NCBI GenBank assembly: GCA_031972135.1
Contig: DALYFH010000004.1
Span: forward strand, 228 to 36,427
Direction: 5' to 3'
Length of the DNA: 36,200 bases
From: Candidatus Woesebacteria bacterium
GTDB lineage: Bacteria; Patescibacteriota; Microgenomatia; UBA1400; UBA12108
Shown: positions 26,734 to 33,898 of the stretch, piece by piece
Position numbering within the stretch: position 1 is the stretch's first letter
Layout of the letters: each line of letters opens with the position of its first letter
Position numbers and translations under genes: made by a program
The notes under the pieces: model-generated
What the model was told of the DNA's origin: nothing
The model's database searches: none
What the model saw: the letters and a program-made list of their open reading frames with translations, nothing else

Positions 26734-28203
26734 ATGTCCAAATTTCCTGATCCCACAAAAAACTACGATGCTACTCCGGTAGATCCTAACAAGCCAGTCG
26801 TTAATACGCCCCAGCAAGCCGAAGTGCCGGTTTATCAGGCTCCCGAACCAGCACCCATTAATACCTCCTCTGTCCCTCCAGCGCCCACTCCGACTACTGC
26901 AGATCAATACGTATCCCCATCACCATTTCGCAACATGATCCCAATCCTGATCGGACTAGGAGTTATTATCGTCTTGGTAGTCCTCGCGATGACCATCCTC
27001 CCTCGTCTCGGCAAAAAAGTCGAAAACATTACTCTCACTTACTGGGGACTCTGGGAGCCAAGCTCAGTTATGCAAGCAGTAATAGCTGACTACGAATCCC
27101 AAAATCCAAATGTAAAGATCGAATACTCCATGCAAAGTCCCAAAAACTACCGAAGCAGACTGCAGTCAGCGATAAATGGTGACACCGCCCCTGATATCGC
27201 ACGGATCCACAATACTTGGCTCCCAATGTTCAAAAATTCGCTCACTCCCGCCCCAGAGACTGTAGTCCCGGCAAGCGCTATTGATGCTTATTATCCAGTA
27301 GTCAAAAAGAACGCAACAAGCGCAGGCAAAACCTATGCACTCCCGATCGGTATCGATGGCCTAGCACTACTTTATAACGAGGATATGCTCGCAGAAGTTG
27401 GAGCCACTCCACCCGCAGACTGGAACAGTTTTCGTAAATTAGCCTTTGACCTAACCAAAATTAACCTCGAAACCAAGGTGATCGAGCGCGCAGGTGCTGC
27501 GATGGGAACCACAGGTAACGTCGAGCACTGGTCCGATATTCTTGGACTCTTGATCTTGCAGAACTCTGGCGATCCATCCAAACCAACCAGTAGCGCAGTT
27601 CAAGATGCTATTACTTTTTACACAATCTTTAGCACACAAGACAAATCTTGGGACAGCGCCCAGCCCAACTCCGTCTATGCATTTGCCACTGGTACCGTTG
27701 CCATGATCCTCGCTCCTAGTTGGCAGATCCCTGAGATCAAAGCGATCAATCCCGACCTCAAATTTGGGGTCGCTCCAGCACCGACTCTCCCATCCACCAA
27801 GATCGCTTGGGCGAGTTACTGGATGGAAGCAGTGCCAAAAACTAGCAAGAATTCAGAAGAAGCCTGGAAATTTATCAAATTTATGAGCAGCGAAGAGTCG
27901 CTCCAAAAAATCTACGCTGGCGCTGCCCAGGTTCATACAATCGGCGAGCCATACCCCTTAACTAGCATGGCAACTCTACTTAGTAGTGATCCTCTTGCCG
28001 GCCCCTATGTTGCACAGGCACCCAATTATGTTTCCTGGTATCTGACTAGTCGGACATATGACGAGGGGATCAACGATCAGCTAATCAAATACTACGAAGA
28101 TGGGATCAACACGATCAATAATGGGAGCACCGTCGACTCAATCACCAAGACCCTCGATGCGGGTGTCGCCCAGGTTATGACCAAGTTCCCCGACGCCAAA
28201 TGA
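26734..28203 (+). CDS. Extracellular solute-binding protein (ABC SBP family 1-like) with Pro-rich N-tail and TM anchor
   Basis: 489 aa. A Pro-rich tail of about 65 aa, then TM IPILIGLGVIIVLVVLAMTIL, then an SBP fold start ITLTYWGLWEPSSVMQAVIADYESQNPNVKIEY. No permease or ATPase gene is adjacent. Confidence 0.7.
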   Translation: MSKFPDPTKNYDATPVDPNKPVVNTPQQAEVPVYQAPEPAPINTSSVPPAPTPTTADQYVSPSPFRNMIPILIGLGVIIVLVVLAMTILPRLGKKVENITLTYWGLWEPSSVMQAVIADYESQNPNVKIEYSMQSPKNYRSRLQSAINGDTAPDIARIHNTWLPMFKNSLTPAPETVVPASAIDAYYPVVKKNATSAGKTYALPIGIDGLALLYNEDMLAEVGATPPADWNSFRKLAFDLTKINLETKVIERAGAAMGTTGNVEHWSDILGLLILQNSGDPSKPTSSAVQDAITFYTIFSTQDKSWDSAQPNSVYAFATGTVAMILAPSWQIPEIKAINPDLKFGVAPAPTLPSTKIAWASYWMEAVPKTSKNSEEAWKFIKFMSSEESLQKIYAGAAQVHTIGEPYPLTSMATLLSSDPLAGPYVAQAPNYVSWYLTSRTYDEGINDQLIKYYEDGINTINNGSTVDSITKTLDAGVAQVMTKFPDAK

Positions 28204-29012
28204 CACTCGCCAATGATATCCTCTCAACACTCGCGTACTCTAATCATTTTCACTATCCACTAACGCTAAACGAGCTCAATGCTAGATTGATAGGTCAGCG
28301 CATATCCATCCCCAAACTCATGAGTACGGTAACCACATTAGTAAAGTCAAAAGTAATCGAATCAAAATCTGGATTTTATTTTTTACCAAAGCAAAGCGCC
28401 CTCGTCAAACAGCGATTAATATATACAGAGTTATCTCAACCACTAAAAGCAAAAGCATCAGAGTATGCAAACATCCTAAGGCGCATACCATCAGTTCTGG
28501 CCATTTATTTAACAGGTAGCTTAGCTATGGATAATACAGACGGTCACGACGATATCGATCTGCTCATTGTCACAAAACCAGGCAAACTCTGGATCACGCG
28601 CCTAGTATTAACCCTCTATACCTCACTCCTCGGGCTCCGCCGTACCCCAAAAACCAAAAATATTATGGGCAAACTCTGTCTCAACCTCTATCTAACCCCC
28701 GATTCTTATCTTATTCCCTCTGCTCGCCGCTCGCTATATACGGCGTATGAACTAGTACAGATGACTCCGCTCTATGACCCGACTAATACTCATGCAGGAC
28801 TGCTTACCACCAACTCTTGGATCAAGACATATCTACCCAACTACCCTCTACCTAAATCTAATACTCGTAATGTATCCGATACGCGATATCCGGTATACGA
28901 ACGACTCGCCTACACCCTCCAATACCTCTATATGAAGCCCAGGATCACTCGCGAATATATTACGCGGGACGCTGCCTTTTTTCATCCGCGCAATCCAGCT
29001 CCAGAACTCTGA
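28200..29012 (+). CDS. Nucleotidyltransferase-fold (Pol-beta superfamily) protein with N-terminal wHTH-like domain
   Basis: 270 aa. NTase signature GSLAMDNTDGHDDIDLLIV (GS ... D.D). ATGA start/stop overlap with the SBP gene. Confidence 0.6.
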   Translation: MTLANDILSTLAYSNHFHYPLTLNELNARLIGQRISIPKLMSTVTTLVKSKVIESKSGFYFLPKQSALVKQRLIYTELSQPLKAKASEYANILRRIPSVLAIYLTGSLAMDNTDGHDDIDLLIVTKPGKLWITRLVLTLYTSLLGLRRTPKTKNIMGKLCLNLYLTPDSYLIPSARRSLYTAYELVQMTPLYDPTNTHAGLLTTNSWIKTYLPNYPLPKSNTRNVSDTRYPVYERLAYTLQYLYMKPRITREYITRDAAFFHPRNPAPEL

Positions 29013-29034
29013 ATATTAAGGTTATAATTCAGGC

Positions 29035-29505
29035 ATGCAATACAGTATTAAGTCATTTACACCCAGAGCGTCTCAATTGCGAAGTGGTGGCAATAAGCTG
29101 GTCCTAGCCACTGGTTTTTTTGATCTTTTGCACCAGGAACACATCAATTTTTTAAGAGCTGCCAAATCATCAGGGGACATATTAATAGTTGCTGTAGAGT
29201 CAGACGAGCGCGCGAGAGCTCTAAAGGGGGAGGGTAGACCAATCGAGACTCAGTCCATCCGCCTAGATCACTTAACTCCCTACGCCGACCACTTAATAGC
29301 GCTTGATCAGACTTTTAACAACCCAGCTGCATTTGAGAGTTTGATCGAGGCAGTTCTCCCTAGTGTCTTAGCTGTCAGTAGTCACACCGCCCATCAAGAC
29401 AAAAAAGCAGCACTAGTTAGTAAATATGGTGGCATCCTCAAAGTAGTCCACACTCACAATTCCAGCATCTCAACGTCAAAAATAATAATGAAAAACCAAG
29501 TATAA
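29035..29505 (+). CDS. Cytidylyl/adenylyltransferase-family protein (RfaE-II/TagD-like)
   Basis: 156 aa. ATGFFDLLHQEHINFLRAAK corresponds to the G.FD.(L/F)H.GH nucleotide-binding motif, here HQEH. The motif IVAVESDE is also family-like. Confidence 0.7.
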   Translation: MQYSIKSFTPRASQLRSGGNKLVLATGFFDLLHQEHINFLRAAKSSGDILIVAVESDERARALKGEGRPIETQSIRLDHLTPYADHLIALDQTFNNPAAFESLIEAVLPSVLAVSSHTAHQDKKAALVSKYGGILKVVHTHNSSISTSKIIMKNQV

Positions 29506-29512
29506 TCACATA

Positions 29513-30304
29513 ATGTTCGAAACATACATCTATACCCCATTTTTTAATATCTTAGTCGGGCTATATGCCCTCCTAGGCGCTATCTCACCTGACCTTGCTG
29601 ACATGGGGATTGCAGTCATCATCTTTTCTATCATCGTCCGCATCCTCACATTCCCTCTAACAATCGCAGGGGAGCGGAGTGAAGAAGAAAAGCTAAAAAT
29701 TATTGAGAAAATCGAAGAAGTTAAAAAACTCTACGCCCACGAGCCTATCCGTCAAAAAGAAGCTATTCGAGTAGTAATGCGCAGTAATATCAGAACAGTC
29801 CTCGCAACTACTACCAACATTTTGATCCAGCTCGGTATCATACTTATGCTTTATCGCATTTTTGCTACGGGTCTCGAGGGGAAGGACTTTCATCTCCTTT
29901 ACGACTTTATGCCACACCCTGACTCGATTAATCTACTCTTTTTGGGCAAGTATGATCTCAGTCACACGAACGCTTATCTCAATCTTGTTCAGTCGATCAT
30001 GATCTTTGTGGTCGAGGTCCTTATCGCCATGCGCAACCCTCTACCTGTCTCGCGCAAAGACAAGATCCTACTCCAGGTAGTACTCCCGATCGGTAGCTAC
30101 ATTATCTTTATGTTCCTCCCCTCAGGCAAAAAACTTTTTGTTATTACTTCACTCGCCATTTCTGCTCTCTACAACGCTTTTCGCCTAGCCCAGGACTGGG
30201 GCAACAAGCTTATGACTAGGCTCACGCCTAAACAACCTGAAGAGCAGCTTCCAGCTCCACCCTCTGAACCTACCCCACCAACCGCGCAAACACACACGAC
30301 ATGA
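29513..30304 (+). CDS. yidC: Membrane protein insertase YidC/Oxa1 (short Gram-positive-like form)
   Basis: 263 aa. MGIAVIIFSIIVRILTFPLTI (TM1/amphipathic core), a Lys/Glu-rich coiled loop, further TMs, and a Pro-rich C-tail. Confidence 0.8.
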   Translation: MFETYIYTPFFNILVGLYALLGAISPDLADMGIAVIIFSIIVRILTFPLTIAGERSEEEKLKIIEKIEEVKKLYAHEPIRQKEAIRVVMRSNIRTVLATTTNILIQLGIILMLYRIFATGLEGKDFHLLYDFMPHPDSINLLFLGKYDLSHTNAYLNLVQSIMIFVVEVLIAMRNPLPVSRKDKILLQVVLPIGSYIIFMFLPSGKKLFVITSLAISALYNAFRLAQDWGNKLMTRLTPKQPEEQLPAPPSEPTPPTAQTHTT

Positions 30305-30316
30305 TACAATTTGCTT

Positions 30317-30868
30317 ATGTTTGACAATCTTGTAGTGTCATTTTTGGCTGACGAGGTCGTAGGTGGCTTCTTTATCTCCGTTCCACCAGGTCACGTCGCC
30401 TGTCTCTATGATCGTGGACGTGGTGTACTCAAGCAGGTCTATGGTCCCGGACTTCATATTAAGATCCCTTTTTGGCAGATCGCCAAACTCTTTAATGCGC
30501 AAGTTCTCGAATATACCATCCACAAAGGTTTTGATTTAAGCAACAAAGAAAAGCTAGGAGATGAGCCCATCAAAACTAGCACCAAAGATGGCAAAGAGGT
30601 AATAGTTGAGGGGAGTATTTTATTCCGTATCGACAAGCAAAACGCCCCTGAACTCTGGGAAAATATAGGGGAGAGTTTTGTTAGCAAAGTGATCCGTCCG
30701 TTTAGTCGCAGCAAAATCTCCTCCGTCTTTACAACTGTAGACGCGGTCAACATCAAAACCTCGCGCGCCGACCTAGAGTCACGCCTCAAAACCGAACTCA
30801 ATACAGAGTTCCAAAACCGCGGTCTCATTTGTGAGGGAGTTTTGCTCTCTGAGATGAGCGTAGGGTAA
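30317..30868 (+). CDS. SPFH/Band-7 (prohibitin-like) domain protein, minimal
   Basis: About 183 aa. VPPGHVACLYDRGRGVLKQVYGPGLHIKIPFWQ is the canonical SPFH N-terminal strand pair. It lacks a clear TM and the C-terminal coiled coil. ATG 30317 is preferred (TGaTACAAT 6 nt upstream) over TTG 30311. Confidence 0.65.
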   Translation: MFDNLVVSFLADEVVGGFFISVPPGHVACLYDRGRGVLKQVYGPGLHIKIPFWQIAKLFNAQVLEYTIHKGFDLSNKEKLGDEPIKTSTKDGKEVIVEGSILFRIDKQNAPELWENIGESFVSKVIRPFSRSKISSVFTTVDAVNIKTSRADLESRLKTELNTEFQNRGLICEGVLLSEMSVG

Positions 30869-30879
30869 ACTAATAAGGT

Positions 30880-31998
30880 ATGTCCCGACAAAAAATCTCC
30901 GAATTTGTAGCTAAGACTACTCTCTATCCCATTTTTGATCTCAAATTCCATGGTCTTGCTGCGACAGTTAGCACTACAGCAGCAGAGATAAAAAAACATT
31001 TTGGTGACAGCAATCTAGTACTCAAGGTCGATCAGGGGATCAAAAAAAGAGGCAAGCTAGGCTTAGTAAAAATTAATATCTCACCCTCAGATATTCCTAC
31101 AATAATCACCGAATGGGTCAAACAAGGTTGGACCAATTTTTTAGTCGAGCCAGTTTATGAACACGATAGCTCAGCTGAGAGCTACTTATCACTCTCCCGT
31201 ACGCGCTATGGTTGGGATATTAAATATAGTAAGAGTGGTGGGATCGAAATCGAATCTCACTGGGACAGCATCACAGACAAACTCCCAACTAGACTAGAGG
31301 AGTTTATCCATAATGTGTTAATCCCCAAACTAGATCTTCATCACATCGCCTTTTTAGAGATGAATCCGATAGTGCTTAGAGCGGACAAAATCATTCCACT
31401 CGACATGGCAGTAGAGGTAGACACTAGCGCCTCCTCCCTCCCCACTCTCCCCGACAGAGCACTTTCTGATTCAGAGCGGATAATTTCTGAACTAGATCAC
31501 AGTACTCCGGCTAGTCTTAAGTTTCATCTGATTAATCCTAGTGGCAGTATCTGGATGCTCCTTTCAGGTGGAGGTGCTAGCCTAGTCCTCGCGGATGAGG
31601 TAGCCGATCTAGGTCTAGGGGGTGAGCTCGCCAACTATGGCGAGTACAGTGGGGCACCTACTGACGACGATGTCTATGCCTACACTAAGACTATTCTAGG
31701 AGATCTCTTATTACTCAAAAATAATAATCCAAAAGCAATTATTGTTGCCGGGGGAGTAGCCAACTTTACCGACGTCAAAAAAACCTTTCAGGGTTTAATC
31801 CGAGCACTAGATGAGCAAAGTCTCTCTCTTCAAAAATCTGGTGTCAAAGTCTTTGTTCGTCGGGGAGGCCCCAACGAAGAAGCAGGACTCAAACTCATGC
31901 GTGGTTTTTTGACTAGTAAAAACCTTCTCGGCTGTGTTTATGGACACGACACCCCACTCACTCAGGTGGTATCCGAAGTTAGAAAGTATTTCTTATGA
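30880..31998 (+). CDS. ccsA: ATP-citrate lyase beta / citryl-CoA synthetase large subunit (ATP-grasp + citrate-binding)
   Basis: 372 aa. ACLY/AclB-type strings LVLKVDQGIKKRGKLGLV, FLVEPV, LEMNPIV, ASLKFHLINPSGSIWMLLSGGGASLV, ELANYGEYSGAP, IIVAGGVANFTDV, VFVRRGGPNEEAGL. Confidence 0.9.
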   Translation: MSRQKISEFVAKTTLYPIFDLKFHGLAATVSTTAAEIKKHFGDSNLVLKVDQGIKKRGKLGLVKINISPSDIPTIITEWVKQGWTNFLVEPVYEHDSSAESYLSLSRTRYGWDIKYSKSGGIEIESHWDSITDKLPTRLEEFIHNVLIPKLDLHHIAFLEMNPIVLRADKIIPLDMAVEVDTSASSLPTLPDRALSDSERIISELDHSTPASLKFHLINPSGSIWMLLSGGGASLVLADEVADLGLGGELANYGEYSGAPTDDDVYAYTKTILGDLLLLKNNNPKAIIVAGGVANFTDVKKTFQGLIRALDEQSLSLQKSGVKVFVRRGGPNEEAGLKLMRGFLTSKNLLGCVYGHDTPLTQVVSEVRKYFL

Positions 31999-32990
31999 TA
32001 AATATTCACCAAATTCGTACAGGCGACAACATGATCTTGGTTCTAGGTAATCACGAGGGGATTATCCAGAGCATCCTCGACTTTGACTACTTATCAGGCA
32101 AAAGTGAGGGTAGTATTCTAGGGATAGTCACTGGTCGCCCTGGTTTTGCTAAGTATTTCTGGGGCAGGGCAGAGGTATTGATTCCCACACTTACTTCAAT
32201 TTCTAATTTCGAAATTCGAAATTTGAATTTTAACCTCTGGCTCCTCAACCTCCTCTCTGGTCGCCGCACTCTATCTAATACAGAAGACTTTCTCCGACTT
32301 TTCCCACACGCATCCGGTGCTGCACTATTTGCCGAAAATGTTCCCGAACTCCACGCTCAACAACTAATTAACACTAATCACGGATTCACGGACCTGCCTG
32401 CGCAGGCAGGTTCACGGATTCACGACAATTCTAAGTTAGTCGTCGGCCCCTCTTCCGTTGGCTTGCTTATCCCGGGCATTCTAAAACTTGGACCAATCGG
32501 TGGGGTTACTCCAGATCAAATTAACGAATCAGATTTGACTCATGGTGGGAGTGTTGCCGTCTTGTCTGCTAGCGGCGGCATGACCAATGAGCTAATAAAT
32601 ATTGCAGTCCAAGCAGGCCATAGACTTAGTTTTGCCCTGAGTTTTGGGGGGGATCGCTTCCCTGTTTTATCACCACGTGATGCTTTTATCCTGGCCGAAG
32701 AAGATTCCGAGACCAAAACAGTTCTATATTACGGCGAACTAGGTGGCGATGACGAATACGAACTGGTCAAACTAAAAGAAGAGGGCAAATTTACCAAACA
32801 AGTCATTGCTCATATCGCTGGTACAGTCAGTAGTCTCTTTGCCGAAGCCCCTCAGTTTGGTCACGCCAAAGCCAAGGCGGATAAAGATAGAGTCACAGCC
32901 AAAGCCAAGCGTGAGGCGTTATTAAAAGCAGGATTTAAGGTTAGTAATTCATTCTCCGAGTTCATCAAGCTCGCAACTGAGCTAAAATAG
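31995..32990 (+). CDS. ccsB: Citryl-CoA synthetase small subunit / N-terminal (CoA-binding, phosphohistidine) half of ATP-citrate lyase alpha
   Basis: 331 aa. SILDFDY, VVGPSSVG, VAVLSASGGMTNEL, FGGDRFP, YYGELGG and the phospho-His loop PQFGHAKAKA followed by AKREALLKAGFKV, which parallels ACLY FGHAGACA...KNQALKEAGV. ATGA overlap with ccsA. An alternative start is ATG 32031. Confidence 0.88.
   Translation: MINIHQIRTGDNMILVLGNHEGIIQSILDFDYLSGKSEGSILGIVTGRPGFAKYFWGRAEVLIPTLTSISNFEIRNLNFNLWLLNLLSGRRTLSNTEDFLRLFPHASGAALFAENVPELHAQQLINTNHGFTDLPAQAGSRIHDNSKLVVGPSSVGLLIPGILKLGPIGGVTPDQINESDLTHGGSVAVLSASGGMTNELINIAVQAGHRLSFALSFGGDRFPVLSPRDAFILAEEDSETKTVLYYGELGGDDEYELVKLKEEGKFTKQVIAHIAGTVSSLFAEAPQFGHAKAKADKDRVTAKAKREALLKAGFKVSNSFSEFIKLATELK
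32378..32424 (+). repeat. Perfect 20-bp palindrome ACCTGCCTGCGCAGGCAGGT flanked by 13-bp direct repeats TCACGGATTCACG, in frame inside ccsB
   Basis: Direct repeat copies at 32378-32390 and 32412-32424. Palindrome at 32392-32411. Each direct repeat is itself a near-tandem of TCACGGA. The element encodes HGFTDLPAQAGSRIHD. Confidence 0.9.
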
Positions 32991-32994
32991 ATTT

Positions 32995-33783
32995 ATGGAC
33001 AACTTAAACAACCGCACTCATTCTTTATTTACCACAACCATTAGTGGCGACATGGGTGGCGAGCCCACAATCCTAGGCCAAAATCTAACAGACGTTGCTA
33101 CCTCACATTCTCTATCTTGGATAGTGGGTAGTCTCTGGCTCGGTCGAGAGCTAAAGTCAAAAAAGACTGAAGAAGCGATTGATCTCGCACTTCGATTGTT
33201 GGTAGATCATGGTCCGTATGTTTCAGGTGCGGTCAACACCATGATCACAGCACGCGCAGGACGTGACCTAGTTAGTTCTCTGGTTGCTGGACTCCTGACT
33301 ATTGGCCCTCGTTTTGGTGGTGCTGTAAACGGCGCCGCCAAGGTTTGGTTTGAATCTCAGGGGGTCGACCCACAAATGCTCGTCGAAGATTTTGCTAAGC
33401 GCAAAGAGTATATTCCTGGCATCGGTCATCGCAAATACAGACTCGATGCTCCAGATCCTCGAGTTTCGCTCTTAACAGATCTTATTCAAGATATCCCTCA
33501 TCCTCACTTAGATTTTGCTCGTGCAGTCGAAAAATTAACTACAGCCAAAAAGCCAAATTTAATCTTAAACGTAGATGGCACACTGGCAGCAGTCATGCTT
33601 GATTTACTCAGTCACGAAGAACACTTAACCAAAGAAGAGTTGGCCACACTAATAGATAGTGAATTTTTTAATGCCATCTTTGTTCTCTCCCGCTCAGTCG
33701 GCCTCATTGGCCACTATCTTGACCAAAAACGCTTAGGTGAACCCCTTTTCCGTCTACCCGACAAAGATGTCTTCACTGCTTAA
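32995..33783 (+). CDS. ccl: Citryl-CoA lyase / citrate-synthase-homology C-terminal module of ATP-citrate lyase
   Basis: 262 aa. VDHGPYVSGAVNTMITARAGRDLVSSL, GIGHRKYRLDAPDPRV, KKPNLILNVDG, LSRSVGLIGHYLDQKRL. All closely parallel the ACLY C-terminal domain. Confidence 0.88.
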   Translation: MDNLNNRTHSLFTTTISGDMGGEPTILGQNLTDVATSHSLSWIVGSLWLGRELKSKKTEEAIDLALRLLVDHGPYVSGAVNTMITARAGRDLVSSLVAGLLTIGPRFGGAVNGAAKVWFESQGVDPQMLVEDFAKRKEYIPGIGHRKYRLDAPDPRVSLLTDLIQDIPHPHLDFARAVEKLTTAKKPNLILNVDGTLAAVMLDLLSHEEHLTKEELATLIDSEFFNAIFVLSRSVGLIGHYLDQKRLGEPLFRLPDKDVFTA

Positions 33784-33808
33784 ATTTGTTTTGATACATT
33801 AACAGCAG

Positions 33809-33838
33809 TTGACACTCCCATCTCCCGTTTGCTAACAT
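33809..33838 (+). promoter_or_regulatory. Sigma-70-type promoter of groES-groEL
   Basis: TTGACA (33809-33814), an 18-nt spacer, then TAACAT (33833-33838). GGAGG Shine-Dalgarno at 33889-33893 before ATG 33899. Confidence 0.5.
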
Positions 33839-33863
33839 AGCACTCGCAGTCATACACTGCTAA
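33837..33863 (+). promoter_or_regulatory. Degenerate CIRCE (HrcA operator)-like inverted repeat
   Basis: ATAGCACTC-N9-CACTGCTAA versus the consensus TTAGCACTC-N9-GAGTGCTAA (8/9 and 7/9 matches). It lies just downstream of and overlapping the -10 box, the classic groESL position. Confidence 0.5.
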
Positions 33864-33898
33864 TTACAAGTTTATTAATTAAAAAACTGGAGGAAACT

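Noticed and set aside
30454-30999. 181-aa minus-strand ORF spanning the SPFH gene and the start of ccsA
   Set aside because: It is antisense to two genes with clear family signatures and has no homology features or start signals.
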